A DNA stretch of 64,000 nucleotides from an uncultured Gammaproteobacteria bacterium. GTDB taxonomy: Bacteria > Pseudomonadota > Gammaproteobacteria > CAWCPV01. Both the position numbers and the translations under genes were made by a program. Of this stretch, positions 52,620 to 64,000 are shown in pieces. The DNA is taken from NCBI GenBank assembly GCA_963797555.1, contig CAWCPV010000003.1, forward strand, positions 384,001-448,000, in the 5' to 3' direction. How positions within the stretch are numbered: position 1 is the first letter of the stretch; every line of letters starts with the position of its first letter. The notes beneath the pieces were generated by a model. It saw only the letters and a list, made by a program, of their open reading frames with translations, was not told the origin of the DNA and searched no databases.

Positions 52620-54620
52620 TCAGTGGCCGATGGCCTCGTGGGCCGCCTGCACCACTTTCTCTACCGTAAAGCCGAAGTGCTTGAAGACGGCGCCTCCGGG
52701 CGCAGATTCTCCGAAGCGATCGATGCCGATGACGCGCCCCGCAGGCCCGACATACTTGCGCCAATAGTGGGAAACACCGGCCTCCACCGCCACGCGCGCC
52801 TTGACCGGGCTCGGCAGCACGGCCTCGCGATAGGCTTCATCCTGGGCGTCGAAAACTTCGCAGCAGGGCATGGACACGACCCGCGCGCGCCTGCCCTGGA
52901 GGGTGAGCTGCTCTGCCGCTCCCACCGCGAGAGCCACCTCGGAGCCGGTCGCGATGAGGAGAATCTCCGGCTCTCCCACCGAGTCACGCAGCACGTACCC
53001 GCCGCGCTCGATGTTGTCCAGCGCGCTCTCGTCGCGTTTCTGGTGCGGCAGGTTCTGGCGCGTCAGCACCAGGCTCGACGGCCCGTTGCGGCGCTCGACG
53101 GCCGCCTTCCAGGCCAGCGCCGTCTCCACCCCATCGCAGGGCCGCCACACCCTCATGTGGGGGATGTAGCGCAGTGACGCCAGGTGCTCGATGGGCTGGT
53201 GGGTCGGCCCGTCCTCGCCGAGTCCAACGGAGTCGTGGGAGTAAACGAATATCGACCCCACGCCCATCAGGGCAGCCAGGCGAACCGCATTGCGCGCGTA
53301 GTCGGAGAACACCAGGAAGGTGCCGCCGTAGGGGATGAAGCCGCCGTGCAGACCGATGCCGTTCATCAGCGCCGACATGGCGAACTCACGCACCCCGAAG
53401 TGGAGGTAGTTGCCGTCCGGGTCGCTGCCAGTGATGGGACGGGAACCCTTCCAGTCGGTGTTGTTCGAGCCCGTGAGGTCCGCCGAGCCGCCAATGAATT
53501 CGGGCAGCAAGGGTCCGTAGGCATTGAGCGTATTCTGCGAGGCCTTGCGGGTGGCCACTGCGTCGGTCTTCTCACTGGCCGCGCGCACATGCGCCCGCGC
53601 CTTGGCCTCCCAGCCCTCCGGCAGCTCCCCCCGCGTGCGCCGCTCGAACTCGGCGGCGAGGTCGGGGTAGGACTCCCGGTAACGCGCGAACCGCTCGTTC
53701 CACTGGCCCTCCAGCGCGGCCCCCTTCTGCACTGCGTTCCATGCCTCGTAAATCTCGCCTGGCACGACAAAGGGCGGATGGGGCCAGCCCAAATTCTCCC
53801 TGGCGGCTGCCACCTCGTCTTCGCCCAGCGGTGCGCCGTGGGCATCGTGGCTTCCGCACAGGTTCGGCGCGCCGTAACCGATCACCGTCTTGCAGCAGAT
53901 GAGGGAGGGACGGTCGGTTGCCGCGCGGGCAGCCACGATGGCCTCTCGCACAGCCTCCGCATCGTGGCCGTCGACACCGGGGAGCACGTGCCAACCATAG
54001 GCATCGAAGCGCTTGGGCGTGTCGTCCGTGAACCAGTCGTGCACGTGGCCGTCGATGGAGATGCCATTGTCGTCGTAGAAGGCGATGAGCTTGCCCAGGC
54101 GCAGGGTGCCGGCCAGGGAGCACGCCTCGTGGGAGATGCCCTCCATCAGGCAGCCATCGCCGAGAAAGACATAGGTGTGGTGATCGACGATATCGAAGCC
54201 GCCGCGATTGAACTGTGCGGCGAGCACCTTTTCAGCGAGGGCCATTCCCACCGCGTTCGCCAGCCCTTGGCCCAACGGTCCGGTCGTGGTCTCCACACCG
54301 GGCGCCAGCCCATACTCGGGATGTCCAGGGGTCTTGGAATGGAGCTGACGAAACTGCTGGATGTCCTCGATACCGAGGTCGTACCCGCAGAGGTGCAGAA
54401 GGGAGTACAGGAGCATGGACCCATGGCCGTTCGACAAGACGAACCGGTCGCGGTCTACCCACTTGGGATTCTTCGGATTGTGCCGCAGAAAATCATTCCA
54501 TAGTACCTCGGCCATGTCGGCCATCCCCATGGGCATGCCGGGATGACCCGATTTGGCCTTCTGCACGGCATCCATGCTCAGGGCACGTATGGCATTGGCG
54601 AGATCTCTGCGCGAGGGCAT
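52620..54620 (-). CDS. tkt: Transketolase
   Basis: [35 protein letters not shown] and GEDGPTHQP. Confidence 0.98.
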   Translation of the reverse strand: MPSRRDLANAIRALSMDAVQKAKSGHPGMPMGMADMAEVLWNDFLRHNPKNPKWVDRDRFVLSNGHGSMLLYSLLHLCGYDLGIEDIQQFRQLHSKTPGHPEYGLAPGVETTTGPLGQGLANAVGMALAEKVLAAQFNRGGFDIVDHHTYVFLGDGCLMEGISHEACSLAGTLRLGKLIAFYDDNGISIDGHVHDWFTDDTPKRFDAYGWHVLPGVDGHDAEAVREAIVAARAATDRPSLICCKTVIGYGAPNLCGSHDAHGAPLGEDEVAAARENLGWPHPPFVVPGEIYEAWNAVQKGAALEGQWNERFARYRESYPDLAAEFERRTRGELPEGWEAKARAHVRAASEKTDAVATRKASQNTLNAYGPLLPEFIGGSADLTGSNNTDWKGSRPITGSDPDGNYLHFGVREFAMSALMNGIGLHGGFIPYGGTFLVFSDYARNAVRLAALMGVGSIFVYSHDSVGLGEDGPTHQPIEHLASLRYIPHMRVWRPCDGVETALAWKAAVERRNGPSSLVLTRQNLPHQKRDESALDNIERGGYVLRDSVGEPEILLIATGSEVALAVGAAEQLTLQGRRARVVSMPCCEVFDAQDEAYREAVLPSPVKARVAVEAGVSHYWRKYVGPAGRVIGIDRFGESAPGGAVFKHFGFTVEKVVQAAHEAIGH

Positions 54621-55133
54621 TCGACGTCTCCTTTGAGCCCAAAAAGAGCGCCACTGGCGCTCATAAGCTTCGTTTATGGGCAAGCAAAACCACAAGTAAA
54701 ACCAACGGCCGCCCCAGCGACGGACGCTCTCTTCCGATGGTTCCGGGAGCAGTCATGGGGGCCGCGCAGCCTGCCCAGCGGCGTTTCCGACCAGTTTTCG
54801 AGCGCCGCGGCGACCGAGAGGGTGCAGCTAATTTTCACCTAACACCGCCGTCCCAGGCAACACCTCATGCCGACTTGCGGCCGATGTTGCTTCGGTCCAG
54901 GCAGCGCACACCAGGCGTCAGGTCGCATCGGGCGGGAAGTCACTCGTTTGAGGAGCGGCGAGAGCCCTCCCGGAAGCACCTAGCTCACCCCGGAACAGGC
55001 CCCGGCTCGCGCTCAGCCGCGCCCACAGGTCCCGAGGCCATGCGGCCCGCTGCCCGGCAGTGGAAAAAGCGCACCGTCGTCGCTAAACTGATGCGTTTGC
55101 GGCCGTTCCCCTGCGGACAGGAGTGCTTTAGCG

Positions 55134-56333
55134 ATGGCGCACGACTACCTATTCACCTCGGAGTCTGTCTCCGAGGGGCACCCGGACAAGATCGCGGACC
55201 AAATTTCCGACGCGGTCCTGGACACCCTCATCGCCCAGGACAAGAACGTCCGAGTCGCCTGCGAAACTCTGGTCAAGACCGGCATGGTGGTGATCGCGGG
55301 CGAGATTACGACCAGCGGCTGGGCCGATACCGACGAGATCGCGCGCGCGGTCGTCAGGGACATTGGGTACAACAGCTCTGAAATGGGATTCGACTGGGAA
55401 TCGTGCGCAATTCTCGCAGCCATCGGCAAGCAGTCGGCGGACATCGCTCGAGGCGTCGATGAGGCGGAAGGGCATGAGCAGGGCGCGGGCGATCAGGGGC
55501 TGATGTTCGGGTACGCGACCAACGAGACCGACGTGCTCATGCCTGCCCCCATCACCTATGCGCATCGCCTGGTCCGGCGCCAAGCCGAGGTCCGCAAGAG
55601 CGGCGTCCTTCCCTGGCTGCGCCCAGATGCGAAGAGCCAGATCACCTTCCGCTACGAAGACAGTCGGCCGGTGGCCATCGATGCCGTCGTGCTGTCCACG
55701 CAGCACAGCCCGGACATCCCGCAGAAGGCGCTGCAGGAAGCCGTGATGGATGAGATCGTCAAGCACGTCCTGCCCGAGCACTGGCTCCACAAGAACACCC
55801 ACTATTACATCAATCCTACCGGGCGCTTCGTGGTCGGTGGGCCGATGGGGGACACCGGGCTAACGGGCCGTAAGATCATCGTGGACACTTACGGTGGAAT
55901 GGCGCGGCACGGGGGCGGCGCATTCTCCGGCAAGGATCCCTCCAAAGTCGATCGCTCGGCGGCGTACGCCGCACGCTACGTGGCGAAGAACGTCGTGGCG
56001 GCCGGGCTCGCCGAACGGTGCGAGATTCAGCTTTCCTACGCCATCGGCGTCGCGGAGCCCACTTCCATCATGGTCAACACGATGGGCACCGGCACCGTCC
56101 CCGATGCGTGGCTGGTGGAGCTCATACGAGAGCACTTCGACCTCCGCCCCAAAGGGATGATCCAGATGCTGGATCTGCTGCGCCCCATCTACCGCCGCAC
56201 GGCCGCTTACGGACACTTCGGGCGCGTGGAGCCGGAGTTCAGTTGGGAGCGGACCGACAAGGCCGAAGCGTTGCGCGATGCCGCCGGGCGGCAGCACGCC
56301 GGCGAGCCCAAGGTCATCTCTCTGGAACGCTGA
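55134..56333 (+). CDS. metK: S-adenosylmethionine synthetase
   Basis: [19 protein letters not shown] and [16 protein letters not shown]. Confidence 0.98.
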   Translation: MAHDYLFTSESVSEGHPDKIADQISDAVLDTLIAQDKNVRVACETLVKTGMVVIAGEITTSGWADTDEIARAVVRDIGYNSSEMGFDWESCAILAAIGKQSADIARGVDEAEGHEQGAGDQGLMFGYATNETDVLMPAPITYAHRLVRRQAEVRKSGVLPWLRPDAKSQITFRYEDSRPVAIDAVVLSTQHSPDIPQKALQEAVMDEIVKHVLPEHWLHKNTHYYINPTGRFVVGGPMGDTGLTGRKIIVDTYGGMARHGGGAFSGKDPSKVDRSAAYAARYVAKNVVAAGLAERCEIQLSYAIGVAEPTSIMVNTMGTGTVPDAWLVELIREHFDLRPKGMIQMLDLLRPIYRRTAAYGHFGRVEPEFSWERTDKAEALRDAAGRQHAGEPKVISLER

Positions 56334-56395
56334 GCCATCTCGCGCACGCCAGCCCCTTCGGAATCACCGAACAACCTCAAGCAGCAGGAGCGACG

Positions 56396-57811
56396 ATGAC
56401 CGTTCATCCCGCGCAGCACCTCGCACCGGACCACAAGGTCGCCGATCTCTCCCTGGCCGAGTGGGGGCGCAAGGAGATCGCCATCGCCGAGACCGAGATG
56501 CCCGGCCTCATGGCCCTGCGCCAGGAGTATGCCGGCCAGACCCCGCTCAAAGGCGCGCGCATCGCGGGCTCGCTGCACATGACCATCCAGACCGCGGTGC
56601 TCATCGAAACCCTGGAGGCGCTCGGGGCGCAGGTGCGCTGGGCCTCGTGCAACATCTTCTCCACCCAGGACCACGCCGCCGCGGCTGTCGCTGCCCGGGG
56701 CGTCCCCGTATTCGCGCTCAAGGGCGAGAGCTTGGAAGATTACTGGGAGTTCACCCACCGCATCTTCGAGTGGCCGGGCGCCGGACCCAACCTGGTCCTG
56801 GACGACGGGGGCGATGCCACGCTGCTCATCACGCTCGGAGCCAAGGCGGAAAAGAATCCCTCGGTAGTGGCCGACTCCTCCAATGAGGAGGAACGGGCGC
56901 TGTTTGCCGCCATCAAGCGGCACCTGGCAGCGGACCCGAGCTGGTACTCCCGGCGACTCACACACATCCACGGGGTCACCGAGGAGACAACCACCGGAGT
57001 GCACCGCCTCTACCAGATGGAGGCCGAGGGCCGGCTGCCCTTCCCCGCGATCAACGTCAACGACTCGGTGACCAAGTCGAAGTTCGACAACCTCTACGGC
57101 TGCCGGGAGTCCCTCGTGGACGGCATCAAGCGCGCCACGGACGTCATGATCGCCGGCAAGATCGCAGTGGTGTGCGGCTATGGCGACGTTGGCAAGGGCT
57201 GCGCCCAGTCCCTGCGCGGGCTCGGGGCCACGGTGTGGGTCACGGAGATCGACCCCATCTGTGCCCTGCAGGCGGCCATGGAGGGCTATCGCGTGGTGAC
57301 CATGGATGACGCGTGTGGTCAGGCCAATATCCTCGTCACCGCCACCGGGAACGTCAACGTCATCACCCACGACCACATGGCACGGATGAAGGACCAGGCC
57401 ATCGTCTGCAACATCGGCCATTTCGACTCCGAGATCGACGTGGCAAGTCTCCGGCAGTACCGCTGGGAGAACATCAAACCCCAGGTGGACCACGTCATTT
57501 TCCCGGACGGCAAGCGCATCATCCTGCTAGCCGAGGGGCGCCTCGTAAACCTGGGCTGCGCGACCGGACACCCGAGCTTCGTCATGTCCAACTCCTTCAC
57601 CAACCAAGTGCTCGCCCAGATCGAGCTGTTCAAGCACCACGACCGGTACGAGAGAAAGGTATACGTGCTCCCCAAGAAGCTAGATGAAAAGGTGGCACGG
57701 CTGCATCTCGCCAAGATCGGCGCGCACCTTACCGAACTGCGGCCAGACCAGGCCGCATACATCGGCGTGCCCGTGGACGGGCCCTACAAGCCGGAGCATT
57801 ACCGCTACTGA
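56396..57811 (+). CDS. ahcY: Adenosylhomocysteinase
   Basis: [35 protein letters not shown] and GYGDVGKG. Confidence 0.98.
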   Translation: MTVHPAQHLAPDHKVADLSLAEWGRKEIAIAETEMPGLMALRQEYAGQTPLKGARIAGSLHMTIQTAVLIETLEALGAQVRWASCNIFSTQDHAAAAVAARGVPVFALKGESLEDYWEFTHRIFEWPGAGPNLVLDDGGDATLLITLGAKAEKNPSVVADSSNEEERALFAAIKRHLAADPSWYSRRLTHIHGVTEETTTGVHRLYQMEAEGRLPFPAINVNDSVTKSKFDNLYGCRESLVDGIKRATDVMIAGKIAVVCGYGDVGKGCAQSLRGLGATVWVTEIDPICALQAAMEGYRVVTMDDACGQANILVTATGNVNVITHDHMARMKDQAIVCNIGHFDSEIDVASLRQYRWENIKPQVDHVIFPDGKRIILLAEGRLVNLGCATGHPSFVMSNSFTNQVLAQIELFKHHDRYERKVYVLPKKLDEKVARLHLAKIGAHLTELRPDQAAYIGVPVDGPYKPEHYRY

Positions 57812-57905
57812 AACCTCAAGCATCACGCGATTTCTGACCAGAGAAATCGGAGCTGTAGGCCGCTCATCGGCCGACGAGTGGCAGATCGTCCCCGGGAGGA
57901 CGTAG

Positions 57906-59530
57906 GTGACTGGTCTACGGTGCCTTCGGAGGGACCGCGGGTGGGGCGAACCACTGGTCGCGCGGGACCACCTTGGCGTCCGGGGGGTCGCGCTCGTAGG
58001 CGGCGTCATGATCTGTACGCCGTATTCGTTGAAGACGTCCAGAATATTCTGGTGCAGCGCGGTATACAGCCGCGGCATGGCCTGGGCGTCGTCGCAGTAC
58101 GCGTTCAGCTCGTAGGTGATACAGAAGTCGCCGAGCGCCGTCTGCAGCACGAAGGGGGCGGGCTCCCGCAACAGATCCGGAGTGCGTCCGGCGGCGAGCT
58201 TGAGCATGGCCTCCACCTGACGCCAGGGTGTCTCGTAGCCGATGCCGACGGTGGTGTGTAGGATCAGCCCTTGCTGACGGGCGAAGGTGCTCAGGTTGAC
58301 GACATTGCTCGTGAGCAGGAGCGAGCTCGGGATGACGACCTCCTCGTTCTTGAGCGAACGCACGCGCACCACCAGCAGCTTCACCTCCATGACATCGCCG
58401 ACCACGTCCCCGATGCAGATGCGGTCACCGACCCTGAAGGCGCGCCGGTAAGTTAACTCACCCCCGGCAAAGCCGGGGGCTTATTGGGTGAGCGCCTCAA
58501 AGGCGCCATAATACCGGGAGCCGCCCAAGGCGGCTGGACCTATGTCCGCAGCGTCAGTTGATCGTAGCGCTCCTCCTCTTGCTCTTGGTTCCGGATGTAA
58601 GCCCTTCAACTACCTTCGATTCCTTATGGCCCGCCAACTCGTGGAAGATCCGTCCCAGGTGGCGGCGCAGCGCCCCGAAGATCCGCTTTTTCCTGCACTT
58701 ACAGTCCCACTTCGTGTGGCTCAGACTCTGGTACTCTTTCATCGTGGATCCCCTTCTCTTGGCGGAGATTGGAGATTCACGACGACCGTCGTATAGGTCA
58801 AACCTCGGTGAGTCCCCCGGCAAAGCCGGGGGCTTACCTCAGGGAGTCAGGGTATACCCCGCGATCAGGTTGCCGACGATGGACGACGATCCGAGCGAGA
58901 ACACCACGCCGAGGAAGATCGAAATCCCCTTGAAGGCCGCCGACTCGGAGCCGGGGATGTAGGGGTAGGCGACGACCAAGGCGAAGACGACCACGAGCAG
59001 GCGCACGATCCGGTAGGTCGGCCAGGCCCACTCTCGCTCGAAGCTCGCGAACGCGAGGGTGCCCCGGTCGTTGCCGGCGAAGAAGTGCCTGACGAGCTTC
59101 AGAGCGTAACGCGTCAGGATGAACAATACGGCCAGGAACGCAAGCTTCGGCAGCACCTCGACGAGGGCGTCGCCCATCGTGCGCAGCGGGTCGAGGACGA
59201 GCCCGAGGAGCCACTCCGTCGAACACGCTCATCAGCAGGCGGTCGCCGGCGAGGATGTTGGTGCGATCGCCCACGTCCTCCACCCGCACCGCGTCGGCCG
59301 GAACAGACTCGTCGGCCGCCACGGCGGCAATCCGTGCAGCTACAAGCTGCGCGCGTTTCTCGGCCGGCAAGGCCGTGACCCCACGCACCCGGTAGAGCAC
59401 ATGACCGTCCAGCCTGACCGCTGCTCGTGGCTGCTTGACCGACGCCTCGGTCTGGGCGGGAGAGGATTGGGCGGAAGCAGCTTGCGCCAGTGCGGCGGGC
59501 AGCCAGAGCGCGCAGCCCGCGAGCAGCATG
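57906..59530 (-). pseudogene. MscS-family mechanosensitive channel, internally deleted and interrupted by an IS200 mini-element
   Basis: YPYIPGSESAAFKGIS..GNLIAGYTLT | YRRAFRVGDRI..GDV; VGIGYETPWRQV; FNEYGVQIMTP. The N-terminal periplasmic part is joined out of frame near 59215. Confidence 0.8.
58451..58844 (-). mobile_element. Non-autonomous IS200/IS605 derivative (~394 bp) with deleted tnpA
   Basis: Identical hairpin CCCCCGGCAAAGCCGGGGG near both ends; remnant MKEYQSLSHTKWDCK..RKKRIFGALRRHLGRIFHELA..ESKVVEG lacking the HUH segment. Removal restores TLT-YRR of mscS. Confidence 0.88.
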
Positions 59531-59929
59531 GCCGCGCACGGTCCACGGGCAGCGCCCGCCCGCCCCCACCAGGTCCGGGGCGCGCGACTCTCCCGATGCT
59601 CGCTCTGTGCGGCCGCTGCTGCGCTTAGGGAGCCACTGCCCGCATGTCTTGGGGATGCGTGGACCATTGCGTCACTCCGAACGGTGCCGTTGTCTTCATT
59701 GGCCGTTGCTCTGGCTGGGCGCGCCGGACGCCCGCGAGACTGCGCCGCTGGCCGGCGTCGAGGCCGTGACGCGCGACGCCGTTGCCGGCTGACGCCCTCA
59801 TGGCGCACTGCTCGGCTCCTGGGCAATGGCATCGCCCCGATGCAGGCGCGACCGTGGGGCGGGGAGTCAATTTTTGGGCGACCGGCATCTATACCGATCC
59901 CCTCCTAGAACGGCCGAAACTCGGCGAAT

Positions 59930-61982
59930 TCACAGGCTCTGTGACCATCCCCGCTTTGGCGCGAAGCGCTCCCCGTAGCGCCTCTCCAGCTCCCCCAGGC
60001 GCGCCCGCAGCCCGTCGACCCCCCGGGTGCGCGCATATTGCAAGGGACCGCCCCGGAAAGGCGCAAACCCGGTCCCCAGGACCACCCCGGCATCTACCAA
60101 GTCCGCGTCTGCCACTACACCGTCGGCCAGACACTCCAGTGCCTCGTTGATGAGCGCCAGCAACAAGCGGTCCGTGATCTCGGCCCGGGTCTCCCCGCCG
60201 ACCTTGCCCTCTGGCGGCCGATCCCTGGGCGATGGGTAGCGGTGGAAGCCCTGCCCCGCCTTACGACCGAGGTGTCCGGCCGCCACCAGCTCCTCCAGCC
60301 GGCCGGGTACCGCGAAGCTCATACGCGCACTCAGGATACGCGCCACGGACAGGCACACGTCCAGCCCCACCGTGTCGGCCAGGCCCAACGGACCCATCGG
60401 AAAACCGAAGTCGACGGCAGCTCGGTCCACGGCCTCGGCCGACACACCCTCCTCCACCAAGCTGATGGCCTCCAAGAGATAGGGCATCAGGATGCGGTTC
60501 ACCAGAAAGCCAGGGGTGCTGCGCACCGGCAGCGGCGCACGGTCGATGCGACGGGTCAGGACCAGAGCTAGCTCGGCACTGGCCGCAGCCGTCGCCGGAC
60601 CGCTCACCACTTCCACCAGTGGCATCCTTGCCACGGGGTTGAAGAAGTGAAGGCCCACCAAGCGCTCCGGACGCGCCAGCGGGACGGCCAACTCCTCCAA
60701 CGGAATGCTCGAGGTATTGGTGGCAAGCACGGCGTGGCTTTGCATGCGCGGCTCGATCGCCTGGTACAGGCTGCGCTTGGCGGCCACATCCTCGAACACC
60801 GCCTCGATCACCACCTCGGCCCGGCGCAAGCCATCGCCCTTCGGATCGGGGACCAGACGATCGGCGGCGGCCTGCACCTCCCGCTCGCTCTTGAGCCGCT
60901 TGCCGAACAGACCATAGGCCCGCTGCAGCGCGCGCCCCAAGTTGGCGTTATCCCAGTCCTGAAGCGTGACACGCAGACCCTGCAGGGCGCACCAAGCGGC
61001 GATATCGCCACCCATCACGCCGGCCCCCACGACGTGCACGCGCTCCGGGGCGGGCACCTCTTTGGGCGCCAGGGACTTGAGGCGCTCCTGCAGGAGGAAA
61101 ACGCGAATCAGATTGCGCGCCGTCTCCCCCTGCGCCAGATGCACCACGGAGGCCGCCTCCTCGCGCAACGCAGCGGCCGTGTCGCGGGGTTGACGTACCC
61201 ACAGATCGATCAGGGCATAGGGCGCCGGGTAATGGTCGAGGCGGGTCGTCTCCCTCAGCTTGCGCCGCGCCCACGCGGCCGTCACTCTCCGCCCCGGCCG
61301 GTGCCCTGCGAGCACCCGCCAGCGGGATCCTCTGCGTACCTTCGGCGCGCCGAGCACGAGCGCCCGCGCGGCGTCCTCCAGGTGCCGTCGGGGAGGCGCG
61401 TGGTCCACCAACCCGATCCGCCGCGCGCTCCGCGCGTCGATGCCGCGACCGCCGAGCATCATCTGCAGGGCGGGCAGCGCCCCGATCACCCGCGGCAGCC
61501 GTACCGTTCCGCCGAAGCCCGGGTGGATCCCCAGCCTGACCTCAGGCAGGCCCAGACGCGTTTTCGGGCTGTCCTCCGCCACCCGGTAACGGCACGCCAG
61601 GGCCAGCTCCAGCCCACCCCCCAGACAGAACCCGCGGATCATCGCTACGCTCGGACAGGCCAGAATCCTCGAGGCTCTGGAACACCGCGTGAGCCTGTGC
61701 GATGTAGCCCAGGACCTCCTCCTGCGTGCGCAGGTGCGCCAGCTCTCTCACATCGGCTCCAGCAATGAAGCCGTTCTCCTTGCCCGATGCGATCACCACG
61801 CCCCGCGGGACCGCCGCCGTCAGCGCCGCCAAGTGCCCGCCCAGCTCGCCGAGCGTCTCCGTGGACAGCACGTTGGCACCCCGACCCGCCATGTCGAAGT
61901 GCAGCCACACGATACCGTCTCGGTCACGCGCGACACGCCAATGGCTGGCGCACGCCTGCAGGATGCCCGGTGCTGCGCTCAC
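59930..61982 (-). CDS. fadJ: Fatty-acid oxidation complex alpha subunit (enoyl-CoA hydratase / 3-hydroxyacyl-CoA dehydrogenase); frameshift near 61650
   Basis: FIAGAD, CLGGGLELALAC, GLPEVRLGIHPG, VGAGVMGGDIA, ATNTSSI and GLHFFNPV. Confidence 0.85.
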
Positions 61983-63289
61983 CGCGTGTCTCGCTCCAGC
62001 AGCATCGCTCCCCCTTGGCCGCCACCGATGCACAGGGTGGCTACGCCGCGCCTCCCGCCAAGGCGCGCCATCACCTGCAGCAGGTGGAGCACGATGCGCG
62101 CACCGCTCGCCCCGACGGGATGTCCCAGGGCTATAGCACCCCCGTCCACGTTGAGGCGCGAGGGGTCGATCTCCCCCAACGCCTCATCCAGGCCCAGATG
62201 CTCGCGACAGAACCGGGCGTCACGCCACGCCGCGAGACAGGCCAGCACCTGCACGGCAAACGCCTCGTTGATCTCCCAGCAATCCACGTCGCCTAACCCG
62301 AGCATCCGCCGCCTCAGCAGCGGCGTACTGGCGTATATCGGACCGAGACCCATCTGAGCCGGGTCCAAAGCCGCCCACTGGGTGTCCACGATGCGTCCCA
62401 GCACCGCGAGCCGGTGGCGCTCGACGCCGGTCTCGCTCGCCAGCAGCAGCCAGGCTGCGCCGTCGGTGACCTGAGCGCTGTTTCCCGCAGTCACCTGCCC
62501 GAATTCCCCGTCGAATACCGGCCGAAGACCGGCCAGCTTGGCCAGATCAGTGTCCCGGCGCACCCCATCGTCGTGGTCGTAAAGGTTCCCCTGGTGGTCC
62601 CAGATCGCCTCCAGTTCGCCGAACCAGCCTTGGTCCTGAGCATGCGCCGAACGGCGCTGGCTCTGCAGCGCATAAGCGTCCGCCTCCTCCCGCGAGATGC
62701 GGAAACGGTAAGCGAGGTTCTCTGCTGTCTGACCCATGGAGAGGCCCACCACCGGGTCTGTCAGGCCGCGCAACAGTCCGACCACCGGGGCGAGGTCCCT
62801 CACCCGCAGGCGCTTGAGGACGCGCAAACGTTCGCCCAGCCGCCGGGAGGCACGCCAATCCGCCAACCGATGTGCGAATGCCCGGCCGAGCAGCAGCGGC
62901 GCATGGCTCATGGCCTCCACTCCGCCCGCCAGCACCAGGTCTGCACGGCCCGCGGCGATGTCCCGGGCGGCGCTGTCCAGGGCCTGCAGGCCGGAGCCGC
63001 AGTTGCGCTGCACCGTCCACGCCGGCATCCGGTCTCCGCAGCCGAGGCGCAGGGCCACCACGCGTGCGATGTTGGCCTCCTCCGGCGCGGGCATGACGCA
63101 ACCGACGATGACCTCATCCAGGTCGGCTGGCGCGAACGGCTGGCGCAGCAACAGCCGGCTCCCCGCCGCAACCGCCAAGTCCGCAGCCGCAAAGGGGCCA
63201 GGCCGACCGCGCGCCTTCAAGAAGGGCGTGCGGCTGCCGTCGATCACATAGACGGCTCGACCTGCGTCGCCGGCTCCTTGGGGCGCCAT
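61979..63289 (-). CDS. fadI: Acetyl-CoA C-acyltransferase (3-ketoacyl-CoA thiolase)
   Basis: RTPF, QRNCGSG, EINEAFA, GGAIALGHPVGASG and LCIGGGQG. Confidence 0.88.
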   Translation of the reverse strand: MAPQGAGDAGRAVYVIDGSRTPFLKARGRPGPFAAADLAVAAGSRLLLRQPFAPADLDEVIVGCVMPAPEEANIARVVALRLGCGDRMPAWTVQRNCGSGLQALDSAARDIAAGRADLVLAGGVEAMSHAPLLLGRAFAHRLADWRASRRLGERLRVLKRLRVRDLAPVVGLLRGLTDPVVGLSMGQTAENLAYRFRISREEADAYALQSQRRSAHAQDQGWFGELEAIWDHQGNLYDHDDGVRRDTDLAKLAGLRPVFDGEFGQVTAGNSAQVTDGAAWLLLASETGVERHRLAVLGRIVDTQWAALDPAQMGLGPIYASTPLLRRRMLGLGDVDCWEINEAFAVQVLACLAAWRDARFCREHLGLDEALGEIDPSRLNVDGGAIALGHPVGASGARIVLHLLQVMARLGGRRGVATLCIGGGQGGAMLLERDTR

Positions 63290-64000
63290 TCTGCTAGCCT
63301 CGACTGAAAGGGAAAGTCATCCACCTGAATCATCGCGCTGCGAGCGCGGAACGCGGCCGCAAGCGCAGCGGCCTGCTCCGGCTCCAGGATCCCGTGCACC
63401 CGCGCCTCTTCGACAGCGTCTTCCGGAAAGCGGCCCGCCAGCTTACCGGCCTTGAGCGCCAACTTGACCGTGTGGCTCATGGATTCGGTAGCGACGGTTC
63501 GCATCAGTGCGTCCTCGAGACGACCCAGCGGCTCGTCCAGGTCCCTGGGCACGAAGATGCCCTGCGTCAAGCGTTCCCGGACCTCGGACGGCTCCATGAG
63601 GAGGCGCGCCACTTCTTTGCTGACGGCGTCCGAGGGCGGCGCGAACCGCCGCCCCCCGGGGAACACCAGAGCACGCAGGCAGAATGCTGCCCAGCGGTGA
63701 GGGAAGTTGCGCAGCACGGCGTCCAGGCCCTCCTGGGCCTGGTACAGGGACTGCTCGCAGGCCCAGCGAAGCAGCGGCAGATCGGCGTCGGGCGCGCCCT
63801 CGTCTCGGAAACGTTTGAGGGCGGCAGATGCGAGGTACAGTTGGCCGAAGACGTCCGCGAAGCGCCCGGAGATCATCTCCCTGCGTTTGAGGGTAGCGCC
63901 CAGCCGCCAGATGGCCACGTCGGAAACCAGCGTGAATGCTGCGCTCAGACGGTTCACTGCCCGGAAGTACCGGCCCGCCCGACCCGCGTCCGCAGGAATG
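63244..64000 (-). CDS. fadE: Acyl-CoA dehydrogenase, C-terminal part (5' end outside window)
   Basis: LGATLKRREMISGRFADV..LYLASAALKRF, NFP and IQVDDF (FadE DUF1974-like C-terminus). Confidence 0.85.
   Translation of the reverse strand, partial: IPADAGRAGRYFRAVNRLSAAFTLVSDVAIWRLGATLKRREMISGRFADVFGQLYLASAALKRFRDEGAPDADLPLLRWACEQSLYQAQEGLDAVLRNFPHRWAAFCLRALVFPGGRRFAPPSDAVSKEVARLLMEPSEVRERLTQGIFVPRDLDEPLGRLEDALMRTVATESMSHTVKLALKAGKLAGRFPEDAVEEARVHGILEPEQAAALAAAFRARSAMIQVDDFPFQSRLAEWRPKEPATQVEPSM

Noticed and set aside
54621-55133. SAM or SAH riboswitch upstream of metK, or between metK and ahcY
   Set aside because: A GAGGAGCG stretch near 54950 is suggestive, but I could not find the rest of the SAH consensus. 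An Rfam/Infernal scan would be needed.

Overview
This is a GC-rich bacterial chromosome segment with a gammaproteobacterial (Chromatiales-like) gene complement; the taxonomy is inferred. It has four parts. (1) 1-9.7 kb is an accessory conflict/defence-like island: a caspase-WD40 protein, a band-7-like/DUF4384 protein, MazG plus UDG, and a convergent operon of ACP, XRE-HTH, ImmA/IrrE peptidase with a chagasin-like tail, papain-like protease and an atypical thymidylate-synthase-fold protein. (2) 9.9-20.2 kb holds housekeeping genes: CPA2 antiporter, srkA, aldo/keto reductase, SMUG1-type UDG, pncA and a GltD/FNR fusion. (3) 20.6-36.9 kb is a mosaic island whose cargo junctions carry a recurring GGGGTCAG/CTGACCCC motif around a RAYT-type Y1 HUH transposase. 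Its contents are an ATPase+TPR pair, an IS4 remnant, an Ig-repeat hydrolase with a truncated paralog, GmrSD split by IS1380, a ladder of nested truncated repeats, and an internally deleted group II intron carrying IS21 and IS630. (4) 37-64 kb is regulatory and core metabolism: sigma54 activator, two-component pair, pfkB kinase, gcvT-H-PA-tpx-PB, tkt-gap-pgk-pyk-fba, metK-ahcY, mscS broken by an IS200 mini-element, and fadE-thiolase-fadJ. Many genes carry single-base frameshifts that may be assembly indels. The two best candidates for undescribed systems are the RAYT/GGGGTC junction platform and the protease-regulated MazG/UDG/TS-like/ACP module. All family calls come from motif recognition by eye, with no database searches.
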